Shown here: piece after piece, positions 8,527-18,867 of the stretch
How the letters are laid out: each line of letters opens with the position of its first letter
Numbering within the stretch: the first letter of the stretch is position 1
Source: an uncultured delta proteobacterium
Lineage (GTDB): Bacteria; Desulfobacterota; Binatia; UBA9968
Direction of reading: 5' to 3'
Length of the DNA: 64,000 nt
Assembly: GCA_963737905.1 (NCBI GenBank)
Contig: CAVTUQ010000009.1
Span: 160,001 to 224,000, forward strand
The notes under the pieces: model-generated
What the model was told of the DNA's origin: nothing
Database searches by the model: none
The model's input: only the letters and a program-made list of their open reading frames with translations
Translations under genes and position numbers: made by a program

Positions 8527-9507
8527 ATGAAAAAAATCTTTTCAATTTGTTGTTATTCTCTGCTCCTGTTTCCGGCTCTTCTCTATGCGCAAACCAAAAT
8601 GCGAGAAATAAAAGTCGGCTACCCATTGGGCGGTTCGTCCAGTTATTTCTGGGTTGCGTACCGCTCGGGTTCGTTCGAAAACCACGGCCTAAAGCTTGAA
8701 CCGATCTACATCCGTGGCGGGCTGATGGGGATCCAGGCGGCTCTTTCCGGTGACCTGCCTTTACAGCTCCAAGGGGCTTCTACAGTCGTGGCGGCGTGGG
8801 CGCAGGGCGCCAAGGAGTTTCAATTCATCGGCGCCGTCGGCAACCGTCTGGATTACATTTTGGCGGCACATCCTTCGATCAAGCGCCCGGAAGATCTCAA
8901 GGGGAAGAGAATCGGGGTTAGCCAACTCGGATCGAGCACGGATTTCATCGCGCGGGTGGCCATTCGACGGCTTGGGCTCAATCCTGAGAAGGACGTGCAG
9001 ATCGTTGGCATCGGTGGCCAGGGAGACCGTTGGACCGCGCTCACCGCTGGACAGGTTCAAGCCAGCGTCTTTCAATCTCCGTTTACGCTGAAGGCGCGCA
9101 AAGCGGGTTACCCCACGTTTATCGATTTTTCCAAGGAGGATTTCGAATACACCGTTGCTGGACCGGTGACCATGCGATCGTTCATCAAGTCCGACCGCGA
9201 AACCGTGATGAACTTCATGCGCGGGCTGGCGGACGGTATGGATTTTTATCGCGACGAGAAAAACAAAGACCGGGTTATCAAATTTCTCGGCGAATATTAC
9301 CGATCCAACAATGTCGAGGAATTGGAAGAGACGCGCAGGGTCTATAGCCAGGTGACGCCGGGCCTACCCATTGTCACGGCTAAAGCGATGGAGAATGTGA
9401 TTGCCAACGACAAAAACCTCTCCGCGATGAAATTGAACGTGAGTGAGCTGTTGGATTTGTCTTTTCTTGAGCAGTTGGCGCAGGAGAGGAAGACAAAGGC
9501 GCGTTAG
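8527..9507 (+). CDS. NMT1/SsuA-like ABC substrate-binding protein
   Basis: Signal peptide, DLKGKRIGVSQLGSSTD, GLNPEKDV. Confidence 0.85.
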   Translation: MKKIFSICCYSLLLFPALLYAQTKMREIKVGYPLGGSSSYFWVAYRSGSFENHGLKLEPIYIRGGLMGIQAALSGDLPLQLQGASTVVAAWAQGAKEFQFIGAVGNRLDYILAAHPSIKRPEDLKGKRIGVSQLGSSTDFIARVAIRRLGLNPEKDVQIVGIGGQGDRWTALTAGQVQASVFQSPFTLKARKAGYPTFIDFSKEDFEYTVAGPVTMRSFIKSDRETVMNFMRGLADGMDFYRDEKNKDRVIKFLGEYYRSNNVEELEETRRVYSQVTPGLPIVTAKAMENVIANDKNLSAMKLNVSELLDLSFLEQLAQERKTKAR

Positions 9508-9528
9508 CGGGGCACGTCCCCGGAAGTC

Positions 9529-9593
9529 TAACCACAAAGAACGCATAGAACACAAAAAAATTTCTTTGCGAACTTTGCGTTCTCTGCGGTTAA
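9529..9593. repeat. 9-mer periodic hairpin (AACCACAAAG / CTTTGCG..GCGGTT)
   Basis: aaccacaaagaacgcatagaacacaaa...tttgcgaactttgcgttctctgcggtt. Confidence 0.7.
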
Positions 9594-9612
9594 AAATAGA
9601 AAGGTTGGGGAA

Positions 9613-10728
9613 ATGGAATATCAGACCATCATTTATGAAGTAAAGAATCAGATCGCTTTTGTGACGTTCAACCGGCCGGAGTCAATGAATGCCGTGAACC
9701 GGCAGATGGCCCGCGAGTTGGTCGAGGCTTGCCGACAGATCGAAGATGATGCCGGAATTCGCATCGCTATTTTCACCGGAGCGGGCGACAAGGCATTTTC
9801 CGCTGGCATGGATTTGAAAGAACGCTCCGAGAGCGGGTCTTCCCCCATCGAGCGGCGCCAGCAGAAGCTTTCGGCAACGATTCACACCCAGAGTCGCGCG
9901 GTGGCGGCGATCACCAAACCGACGATCGCGGGGCGATAGGTCGGTACGGGTACTGGGTGGGTGTCGGGGCTGAGTGAATTTGCGCCTGCTTGTGACATGC
10001 GCGTTGCCGCCGAAGATGCCAAGCTGGCGGACTGGCGGAGGTGAAACGCGGCCTGATCCCGGGTGCCGGCGGCACGCAAAGATTGGCGCGGTGTGACCTT
10101 ATTACAGTCGCTCTAAGAGGAAGCTGGAAATAGGTATGAACATTGAGGTTCCTAAAGAAGGAATTGCTGAGTTCTGCCAGAAATGGAAGATCGTAGAGCT
10201 TTCTTTCTTCGGCTCGGTGTTGCGAGACGACTTCCGGCCGAGACAGCGACGTGGACGTACTTGTGACTTTTGCGCCTGATGGACGTTACAGCCTATTCGG
10301 ATCTGGTTCATATAGAAGAGGAACGAGAGAAAATGCTCGGACGGAAAGTAGAACCGTTGTAGAGCGTGGCGCGATTGAGCAAAGTGAAAATTACAACAGC
10401 GGTGGGTGTCGCGAAGGCGTTGGAGATATGTCTCACCGGCGACAACGTCACGGGCAGCGAAGCACAGCGTTTGGGTCTGGTCAATATCGCCGTGCCTGCG
10501 AGCGATGTCATGAAAGCCGCGGAGGATTTGGCGGCGAGAATTCTCAAAGGCGCACCGATGTCCGTGTTGTTCATCAAAGAGGCAATTAAAAAAGGCGTTG
10601 AGTTGTCACTTGACGAAGGTTTTCGCCTTGAGTCCGATCTCTCGGCGTTGGTCGGCACGACGGAAGACAGCAAAGAAGGCCCCCGCGCTTTCGCTGAAAA
10701 ACGCGCGCCGGTATGGAAAGGGAAGTAA
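9613..10728 (+). pseudogene. Enoyl-CoA hydratase/crotonase, frameshifted and interrupted by ~307 bp insertion (10092-10398)
   Basis: N-part FNRPESMNA, AFSAGMDL; noisy 9930-10040; GLIPGAGGTQRLAR ends at 10091 and resumes at 10399 as AVGVAKALE...AFAEKRAPVWKGK. Confidence 0.8.
10136..10398 (+). pseudogene. Minimal nucleotidyltransferase (MNT, HEPN-MNT antitoxin type) fragment
   Basis: Across small indels reads [47 protein letters not shown]...DLVHIEEE..KMLGRKV..VERGAIEQSENY: GS-x-R-DF-x-PDSDVD Pol-beta motif. Confidence 0.8.
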
Positions 10729-10913
10729 CGTTACGGGTCCGGGTCTCGGGTTTCGAGTTGAATTCGAAATCAAAGAAGCTTGTCGATGTTCGCTTTCGAA
10801 TCGAGCGGCTTTTTTCCCTCGCCCTTTGGGAAAGGGTGAGACTGCCAATTGACTAACTTCAAGTGAGACGAGGAGCGAGTGACGGGTGTCGAGTGGAAAG
10901 AGCAGAGAAAAAC

Positions 10914-11735
10914 ATGAAGAGAAAACTCACTGTCATTACTCTTTGCGCCATGCTCTTTGCGCTTAGCTTTTCCGCCGAGGCGCAGCAGCCGAAGAAAGTC
11001 CCCCGGATAGGTTATTTGTCGGGGACGTTCCTCTCGTACTCCGTTCGCTTGGAATGCAATCAGTCCAACAGGAGCTCGCCGAGCTCGGAATTTTGAAGCC
11101 AAGAACATCCTTTCGAATATCGCTACGCAGAGGACAAACCTGAGCGGTCCCCTGCTCTGCCGCCGAACCGGTCCGTCTCAAAATTACGCCATCGTTGCGG
11201 GAGGAGGCGGCGATACCCAAGCCGCCAAGAACTCCACCAAGACGATCCCTATCGCTTTTTTGGACGTCAGTGGCTGATCCCGTTGAGCAAGGGTTTGTTG
11301 GTAACTTGGCGCACCCTGGTGGGAACATCACGGGGTTTACTACTATTGCGACAGATAGGCAGGTAAACGGCTGGAGCAACTCAAGGAAGCAATTCCCAAA
11401 ATTTCCCGCGTTGCTGTGTTGTGGAATCCACGGGCTACTGACAACCCGCTGCAATGGATAGAAAGCCAAAAGGTAGCACGAGAACTTGGGTTGCAGCTTC
11501 ACTCTATGGCCGGTGAGCAGCCCCGAGGAGTTTGAGAATGCATTCAAAGAGGCAACCAAGGCGCGGAGCGGCGCTCTCGCTGTGACGCGGTACCGGTTAT
11601 CTAACGTATACCAGAAGCGGATCATTGCACTGGCCGGCAAAAAACCGCTTGCCGGCGATTTACTCAGGGAAGACTTTGCGGAGAACGGAGGCTTGATGTC
11701 CGACGGAGCCGACGAGATTGCTCCTCACGTCCACA
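10914..11735 (+). pseudogene. ABC substrate-binding protein (ABC_sub_bind/PF04392-like), multiply frameshifted and 3'-truncated
   Basis: MKRKLTVITLCAMLFALSFSAEAQQPKKVPRIGYLS, DPVEQGFV..LAHPGGNITG, GGLMS; the rest of the domain is absent. Confidence 0.7.
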
Positions 11736-12366
11736 TTTGTGCTGGTCGCTGCGTGCGCTGAGCTCCCCGTCTCGTACCCAGAATTCAGTGTCGACGTCTA
11801 AGACCACGTCTAGGTTCGAATGCCATGTCCGGCTGAAAGTGCAGATCCAAGCCCATTTCTATTATTCCAGAAACTGGGCTCGGCTTACGATCCTGCAATG
11901 CCCGAAATTTGTTCCTGAGCAGAATCGCTTTGCAAGCACGCAAGGCCAAAAGAGGAGACTGCAAGCTGGATTAAGGTTACCGAATTTTTTGAGCTCATGC
12001 CGGCTGCCCATCGGTCTACACAAAGACCTGCTTCTGACCCGCGATCGCTGGTTTGCCAGTCAATCGACGCAAGATCTTCTCCTTTTGACGCCAGATGAGT
12101 TGATCAGCCAATATCCGGTGCGTACTGCCTGGTAGACGCTGGCTTGTTGTGAGTGCCTGCAGAAGTTCGATTAATATCGGCTCCATTTTACCGTCATGCC
12201 CGCGGGTCATCAGGCGGTGCCGAGAGAATGAGGCAAATTGTGGATTCCCGCTAAAAGCATGCGGGAAATGACGGAATGGGCAGGAAGTCGATGTCGACAA
12301 GTTTAAAATTTCCGGAGTCGTGTTCCCATAATCCTAGAATTCGAAATCAATAATGAAAGGGTGAAG

Positions 12367-13186
12367 ATGGCAGACGAAAAGGTTCTCTACGAAGTCAAAG
12401 ACAAGATCGCGTGGATCACGTTGAACCGGCCCGGAGTCGTTGAACGCGGTCAACCGGGACATGGTGAAGTCGATCGTGAGCTATTGCCGGGAGGCGGAGG
12501 AAGATCCAAACGTTCAGGTGGTCATATTTAAGGCGAACGGAGAGCGGGCATTCTCGGTGGGCGGCGATATCAAAGATCGCGCGCGACTGAATGCCGCGTC
12601 GGCGGCTGAACCGGCGGAGTCACCGTTGGTGTTGCGTCAAGCGAAGCACACAGGGATTCCTGGAACTCCCGCTCCGGCTATCGCGGCGATCAATAAAATA
12701 ACCATGGCGCTGCTTCACGGTTATGTTGTCGGTACGGGACTGTTGATGAGTCTCGCCTGCGACATCCGCATCGCGGCCGAAGGCGCGCGTCTTGGCCTTA
12801 GCGAAATTCGGCTCGGCTTCATGGCTGGTTCGGGCGGCACACAACGCATGGCGCGGCTGGTGGGAATTCCGAAAGCTTTGGAGATCTGTTTGTCCGGCGA
12901 ACTATACGACGCCCAGGAGTGCTACCGGATCGGCCTCGTGAACCAGCTCGTTCCCTACGATCAATTGATTCCGGCGGGAGAGAAAATGGCGGCGTCGTTC
13001 TTGAAAGGCGCGCCGCTGGCATTGCGCTATATTAAAGAAGCGATTTATAAGGGCAGCGAGATGACCTTGGAGCAGGGGTTGCGATTTGAATCCGATCTCC
13101 AGAGCATGGTCATGCAGACCGAAGACGCCAAGGAAGGGCCGCGGGCTTTCGTCGAAAAGCGCCCGCCGGTATGGAAAGGACGATAG
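12367..13186 (+). CDS. Enoyl-CoA hydratase/crotonase (one frameshift near 12433)
   Basis: MADEKVLYEVKDKIAWITLNRP then AFSVGGDI, LGLSEIRLG..GSGGTQRMARLVG, AFVEKRPPVWKGR. Confidence 0.85.
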
Positions 13187-13189
13187 GAA

Positions 13190-13315
13190 TCGGTTTCGGG
13201 TCTCGGGTTTGCGGTCTCGAGTTTAGTTCGGAACGGAACGATTGTATAGAGTTTTGGAATTATTGTAACCTTGAGTACTCAACCCTGAGACACGAAACGC
13301 GAGACTCGAAACTCT
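13190..13315. repeat. 7-mer periodic inverted repeat (CGGGTTT/CGAGTTT ... AAACTCG/AGACTCG); half copy at 10734-10760
   Basis: cgggtct-cgggttt-gcggtct-cgagttt ... gagacac-gaaacgc-gagactc-gaaactc. Confidence 0.65.
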
Positions 13316-13335
13316 TATGCATAGCTCAATTGTTG

Positions 13336-14844
13336 ATGGGCGACGGCTTGCGCCGCAACGCCTACAAGCTGCCGGTCAAGATCGCTGCGCGCGATTGCTT
13401 TCGGCAAATTACCTACAGCGAGCTAAATTCTCGCGTGAACCAGCTCGCCCATGGTTTGCTTTCCATGGGGCTGCGCAAAGGCGACTCCGTCGCTATCATG
13501 GTTGGCAATCGCGTGGAGCATCTGGAAATTCTCTTCGCCACCGCGAAGATCGGCGCCCTGGCGATTCCCCTCGATATTAAATGGAAAGCGCTGGAGCTTG
13601 GCTCGGTCGTATCCTTTTTCAAACCGTCTGTGCTCATTCTTCAGCAGGAATGTGTTGAAGAGTTCGAAGAGGCAAAGGCGAACCGTGATTTGAGCTTTGT
13701 CCAGCCGGTTGTCATTTCCGACCTGAGCTATGGCGGCCTTCTGAATGATCAGAGTGCGGCTGAGCCTTCGACGCAGGTCAGTGAAGATGATCCCTTCGCC
13801 GTTATGCTCACCTCCGGTACGACCGGGTTTCCCAAGGGATGTCTTGTGACCCATCGGACTTTTGTCTTTCACTGCATCAATAACGCCATTGAGAAAGGAC
13901 TCGGAGTTCACGACCGGGCGCTCCTGGCGTCGCCGCTCTATTTTAACGCCGGGCGGTCGTTTACCCTGGGGATCATCTATTATGGCGGCACGATGTTTCT
14001 CCACGAGCGATTCGATGCCGAGGAGGTTCTCAAAACCATCGAGCGGGAGAAAATTACCTACATGGGCGCGGTGCCGACCATGTGCGAGCGGATGCTGCAA
14101 GTCCCTGGGGTTGGGAACTACGATACGAGCTCGCTTCGCTGTCTCGCCATCACCGGTGGCAAAGTTCACGAACCGGTGTTGCAATCTCTTAGGAAGCAGA
14201 TAACACCTAATATTTACCGGACGTATGCCTCCACGGATTCCGGTCAAATGGCGATCTCCAAACCGGCAGATATGGATTCGAAACCACTGGCGGCGGGAAT
14301 GCCGGTCTGGTGTGTGGATCTCCGCATCGTGGATGACGAGAGCAATCCCGTTGCAGTGAACCAGATCGGTGAGATCGTCTGCCAGAGCCCGCTGGCGACA
14401 CTAGGATATTACATGAATCCTGAGGCGACCAACGCCTCTTTTCGTGACGGCTGGTTTTACACCGGCGATCTGGGTTATTTCGACGAAGAAGGCTACCTAT
14501 TCGTGGTCGGCCGCAAAAAGGACATGGTGAAAAGCGGTGGGATCAGCGTCTACCCATTGGAGATTGAAGGCGTGCTGTACAAACATCCGGACGTTGTCGA
14601 GGCCGCCGTGATAGGAGTGCCCGACCCGCAGTGGGGTGAAGCGGTGAAGGCGGTCGTGGTTCTAAAGGAGAGATCCACAGCCCACGGTGAAGAGTTAATG
14701 TGGTTTTGCAAAGAGCAGCTCGCTTCGTACAAAGTTCCCAAGTCGGTGGACATCGTGTCCTCGTTGCCGCATACGGAGGTGGGGAAGGTCAACAAAGTCA
14801 AATTGAAGGAAATGATTCTATCCGGTGCCGCTCCGTTTGCGTAA
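13336..14844 (+). CDS. Acyl-CoA synthetase (AMP-binding; long-chain fatty acid/aromatic acid-CoA ligase)
   Basis: LTSGTTGFPKG, WFYTGDLG, GRKKDMVKSGG, LASYKVPK; start uncertain (13317-13336). Confidence 0.9.
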   Translation: MGDGLRRNAYKLPVKIAARDCFRQITYSELNSRVNQLAHGLLSMGLRKGDSVAIMVGNRVEHLEILFATAKIGALAIPLDIKWKALELGSVVSFFKPSVLILQQECVEEFEEAKANRDLSFVQPVVISDLSYGGLLNDQSAAEPSTQVSEDDPFAVMLTSGTTGFPKGCLVTHRTFVFHCINNAIEKGLGVHDRALLASPLYFNAGRSFTLGIIYYGGTMFLHERFDAEEVLKTIEREKITYMGAVPTMCERMLQVPGVGNYDTSSLRCLAITGGKVHEPVLQSLRKQITPNIYRTYASTDSGQMAISKPADMDSKPLAAGMPVWCVDLRIVDDESNPVAVNQIGEIVCQSPLATLGYYMNPEATNASFRDGWFYTGDLGYFDEEGYLFVVGRKKDMVKSGGISVYPLEIEGVLYKHPDVVEAAVIGVPDPQWGEAVKAVVVLKERSTAHGEELMWFCKEQLASYKVPKSVDIVSSLPHTEVGKVNKVKLKEMILSGAAPFA

Positions 14845-15076
14845 AACAATGAATCCTCTGTATATAGGTGAGGTGTTACTGTATGGAAAACTATATAGCC
14901 TCACCGTTAGCTTTCCTGCCGCGGAGTTTCTCTCGAAGAAATCAAAACCGCTTTCCCATTCATCGCGGACTGCGGCCGATTAAGATCACAGTTACGTGCA
15001 TGAGGCGGCGAAGGAATTGGGGACGCGGTAACCGGAGGGTTTCATCTAATCCGAGCGATTCAATGGGAATGGAGGT

Positions 15077-16162
15077 TTGATCATGAACTTTGGCTTGCGC
15101 GGGGCACTAGCTTTCTGCAGTTTGGTCTTTTTTGCGAGCCCGTCGTTTTCGGCAGAAAGGCCTTTTTATCAGGGGAAAAATGTCAATTTCATCATCAATT
15201 TCGCCGCCGGCGGACCCACAGACATCGAAGGTAGAATTGTTGCGCGGCATCTCGCCAAGCATATAGCGGGAAATCCCACGCTTGTTGTGCAAAACATGCC
15301 GGGTGCGGGCGGCGTGACGGGAATTAATTTTTTGGGTGAGGTGGCGAAACCGGATGGCCAAACCATGGGATATTTTACCGGTCCCTACAACCACCAGATG
15401 ATGAGGACTCCGTCATTGAGAGTCGATCTTAACAAGGTTCCATTCATCGCTTCTGTCCAGGGGGTCACGGTTTGTTACATCCGTTCCGACGTTCCGCCGG
15501 GGATAAAAAAACCGGCGGACATTGTCAAGGCCGAGCGATTCAGGGCAGGTGGGCTGAGCTTCGATAGTAACAAGGATCTGCGTTTCCGTCTTGCTTTCGA
15601 CGTTCTGGGAGTGAAGTACGATTACGTCACGGGCTACAACAGCAGTAGTGATGCAAGGCTCGCGGTGCAGCGCAATGAGATCCAATACCACGATGAAAAT
15701 ATTCCCGGATACCGCGGGGTTGTGGAGCCGCAACTGGTGAAGACCGGCATCGTGACACCGCTGTACTATCACGATCTTATTAGCCCCGATGGCGCGATGA
15801 GGAAGAGCCCGGATTATCCCGAGCTAAGTTCGTTTACCGAGGTTTATATCCAAATCTTCGGCAAGCCACCCTCTGGGATCAAGTACGAAACGCTCAAAGC
15901 GGCGAATCTCGCAAGCCAGAACATGAACCGGGTGGCTCTTGTGCCTCCGGCCACGCCTCCAGCCGCCGTGGACGCTCTGAGGCAAGCCTTCGCCTCTCTT
16001 TCGAAGGACGAGGAATTTCTTGTCGAGGCACAGAAGGTTATGAAATTTCATCCGCGCTTCGAAACGGGCGCCGACGGGGAAAGGCTTCGCCAAAAAGTAA
16101 CGCAGGTCTCCAATGAGATCGTGGACTTCGTTCGGCAGTACGTCGAGCAAGCCAGGAAATAA
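15077..16162 (+). CDS. Bug/TctC-like substrate-binding protein
   Basis: FYQGKNVNFIINFAAGGPTD, QNMPGAGG, KPDG. Confidence 0.85.
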   Translation: MIMNFGLRGALAFCSLVFFASPSFSAERPFYQGKNVNFIINFAAGGPTDIEGRIVARHLAKHIAGNPTLVVQNMPGAGGVTGINFLGEVAKPDGQTMGYFTGPYNHQMMRTPSLRVDLNKVPFIASVQGVTVCYIRSDVPPGIKKPADIVKAERFRAGGLSFDSNKDLRFRLAFDVLGVKYDYVTGYNSSSDARLAVQRNEIQYHDENIPGYRGVVEPQLVKTGIVTPLYYHDLISPDGAMRKSPDYPELSSFTEVYIQIFGKPPSGIKYETLKAANLASQNMNRVALVPPATPPAAVDALRQAFASLSKDEEFLVEAQKVMKFHPRFETGADGERLRQKVTQVSNEIVDFVRQYVEQARK

Positions 16163-16225
16163 TGTAACCTAAAGTGTGGCGTCATCAGACAGGTGGAGAA
16201 AAATGAGCGCCGCACTAACTAGGAG

Positions 16226-17224
16226 GTGTGCATGTCGATAAACGGCACGGTTATTAAGGGGATGCTACTTTGCTGGGTTTTGTTGGTCTCTTCGAGCTCT
16301 ATGGCGCAGGAGAAATTCAAATTTCCCGTCAGCGCGTCATCGAAAACGCTCGGCTACAGCCCGCTTTGGGTAGCGAGCAATTTAGGTTTTTTTGACCGCG
16401 AAGGGTTAGACGTTCAAGTGGTTTTAGTCTCGGGCGCCGATAAGTCGACGATGGCTCTGCTCGGCGGTTCCGTCTATATTTCCAGCGGCGGCACTGACAC
16501 GGTTGTTTCCGCCGTCGAACAAGGGGCGGATCTAGCGTCGATCGGCGGCATTATCAACGGGCTGACGCACTACATCATGGGCGGAAAAAAATTTAGAACC
16601 TTCGAAGATCTGCGCGGCGCGAATGTCGGTTCATCGGGATTGACGTCGGGCACAGCGTTTGTTCTACGGCGCGTGCTCCGAGCTAAAGGATTGGAATATC
16701 CGCGCGACTACAACCTCATTAATGTCGGCGGATCGGCGCAGGCTTTCATATCGCTGACTGCAGGTAGGATTGACGCGGCGATTATCGCCGTGCCGCTGAA
16801 TTACGAGGCGGCGCAGATGGGTCATCCGGTCATCGCAAAGGTCGTTGACTTCATTCCGAACTATCAGTTGACCGAAGTGACGGTGAAGCGCTCCTGGGCG
16901 GAAAAGAACCGGCTGCTGGTGGTTCACTTCATGAAGGGGTTAGTGCTGGCCATGCGCTGGATGTACGACAACAAAGAGCCAGCCATTGATTTTCTATCCA
17001 AAGAGATGAAGTTGAAACCGGAACAGGCGCGTCGCGGATGGGAATATTACACCGAGAATAAAATCTGGAGCCCTAATGCTGAAACCAATGTCGAGGGCGT
17101 GCGGACGGTGATTCAAATCTCGGCAGAGCGGGGCGTTTTCAAAGGCGGCGCGCTGCCCCCGCCGGCGAAATATCTGGATCATAGCTATGTCGAAGAGGCG
17201 CTGAAGGAGTTGGGGAGACGGTAG
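16226..17224 (+). CDS. NMT1/SsuA-like ABC substrate-binding protein
   Basis: PLWVASNLGFFDREGLDV, DLRGANVG, GRIDAA. Confidence 0.85.
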   Translation: MCMSINGTVIKGMLLCWVLLVSSSSMAQEKFKFPVSASSKTLGYSPLWVASNLGFFDREGLDVQVVLVSGADKSTMALLGGSVYISSGGTDTVVSAVEQGADLASIGGIINGLTHYIMGGKKFRTFEDLRGANVGSSGLTSGTAFVLRRVLRAKGLEYPRDYNLINVGGSAQAFISLTAGRIDAAIIAVPLNYEAAQMGHPVIAKVVDFIPNYQLTEVTVKRSWAEKNRLLVVHFMKGLVLAMRWMYDNKEPAIDFLSKEMKLKPEQARRGWEYYTENKIWSPNAETNVEGVRTVIQISAERGVFKGGALPPPAKYLDHSYVEEALKELGRR

Positions 17225-18199
17225 ATGAAAAGAGCGGGCAAAAAGCGCAAACCTAAAACCCGGAGAGCAAAGCCTGGAGTATCTCGTGCGAGACACGGTC
17301 GTAAACCCGTCAAAGAGCGCAAGAGTTCGGAGCCGAGACGTCGTTACTTTATCCACGATGGTTTGCGGCTGCACTATTGGGAATGGGGCGATCCGAAGGA
17401 AGAAACTTACATATTCGTTCACGGCGTGCGGGACCAAGGGCGTAGCTGGGATCATTTCATTGAGGCAATGATTGCACGCGGGCTGTCTATCAAACATGCA
17501 GTAGCACTCGATTTGCGCGGTCATGGAGATAGCGAATGGCCGACCACGGGGCGGGGCTATCAACATGAGGATTTTCTCACCGATCTCGCAGGTCTCCTGA
17601 AACATCTGGAGAAGGAACCTCTGACGATCATCGGTCATTCGCTGGGCGGCAGTATGTGCCTGCTCTATGCCGCTGCGTTTCCGGAAAAAGTTAAACGCTT
17701 GGTCCTTCTTGAATCCCTCGGTCCCTTCGCGCGCAAAGACGACGAAGTGCCGGACATTGTCGCCGAGCGATTGAGGGGAAAAGATTACGTTGAGATCCCT
17801 TTTCCCCATGAATCATTGGAAGCGGCCGCCAAGGCGCTCCAGAAAACTTTTCCTCTTATCCCCGACCATGCGGCTCTTCACATGGCGCGTTACGGGACAA
17901 GCTACAAAGGTGGGAGATACCGTTGGAAACATGATCCGATTCTTCGCTACCGCACCACGACCGCGATGTCGGAGGGGCAGATCGAGGCTTTTATTCGGCG
18001 CCTGAAATGTCCGATTCTGTTTGTTTACGGGACGGAAAGCGATTTCATGAAGTCGGTGCGCGGGTCGCGGGTGAAGCTTTTTCCCAACGCGCAGATCATA
18101 CCTGTGCAAGGCGCTGGCCATCACATCCCGCATGAAAAGCCGTCAGAATTGGCGGAGATTGTCGTGCCGTTCTTGATGAAGGGGAGCGATAACGACTAG
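17225..18199 (+). CDS. Alpha/beta-fold hydrolase with basic N-terminal extension
   Basis: FVHG, DLRGHGDS, GHSLGG nucleophile elbow, GAGHH. Confidence 0.9.
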   Translation: MKRAGKKRKPKTRRAKPGVSRARHGRKPVKERKSSEPRRRYFIHDGLRLHYWEWGDPKEETYIFVHGVRDQGRSWDHFIEAMIARGLSIKHAVALDLRGHGDSEWPTTGRGYQHEDFLTDLAGLLKHLEKEPLTIIGHSLGGSMCLLYAAAFPEKVKRLVLLESLGPFARKDDEVPDIVAERLRGKDYVEIPFPHESLEAAAKALQKTFPLIPDHAALHMARYGTSYKGGRYRWKHDPILRYRTTTAMSEGQIEAFIRRLKCPILFVYGTESDFMKSVRGSRVKLFPNAQIIPVQGAGHHIPHEKPSELAEIVVPFLMKGSDND

Positions 18200-18320
18200 T
18201 TCAAGACGTTCAAATCGTTCAAGCCGTTCAACCCCCTCCTTCATCCTCCCGCGACGCGGGCGAGGAAAGAGGTGAGGGCTTGAGCGGAGCGTAGCGGTTG
18301 GACGGCTGGAACGTTTGGAA
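18198..18320. repeat. GTTCAA/TTGAAC 9-mer hairpin enclosing CCCCTCC...GGTGAGGG REP-like palindrome
   Basis: gttcaagac-gttcaaatc-gttcaagcc-gttcaa + cccctccttcatcctcccgcgacgcgggcgaggaaagaggtgaggg + ttggacggctggaacgtttggaac. Confidence 0.65.
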
Positions 18321-18343
18321 CCAAACTCCAAAGGAGTGCAGCC

Positions 18344-18797
18344 ATGTATCTATCTGCTGAAAAAATCGCCGCGCTAGAAGGCGTCCGACGAGTCCACAAT
18401 CTCAACCCGGCGGCGATTCGAATTGACAAATCGCTTGGCGATGAGGTTGGCCTCAAGAACATCGGAATTCATTTGGTCTCGATTGCGCCGGGCGACAAGT
18501 CCACGGAGTTCCACACGCATCGATACGAAGAAGAGGCCATCTACGTTTTGTCGGGGCGAGGGACGGAAGTCATCGGAGATCAAGACGCAAAAAATCGGCG
18601 CCGGAGACTTCATCGGTTTTACTGGCGCCGGCGCCGCCCACGAGACGATTAATGACGGTACCGAACCGTTGGTGTGTCTGGTCATCGGCCAAAGACTTGC
18701 GCAGGATGTCGTCGATTATCCGCGCAAGGGCAAGCGTCTCTTTCGCAACAGCGGCGAGCGGAATCTCGTGGACCATTCCCATATCGAGAAACGTTAG
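18344..18797 (+). CDS. Cupin domain protein (frameshift near 18585)
   Basis: LGDEVGLKNIGIHL, STEFHTHRYEEEAIYVLSG, then GDFIGF..AHETIN..DVVDYP. Confidence 0.8.
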
Positions 18798-18867
18798 ATC
18801 GGTCCAGCCTGGACGGAGACCGCAACAGCACCGGATCCCACCCGGTCGCCTACCGGAGAATAAAAGC

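Noticed and set aside
10088-10404. IS element with 6-bp target-site duplication
   Set aside because: No transposase or terminal inverted repeats, and removing one GCGGTG copy does not restore the crotonase frame, so it is microhomology rather than a true TSD
14860-14905. Hairpin GGTGAGG...CCTCACC as a riboswitch
   Set aside because: Short stem only; no known aptamer consensus recognised
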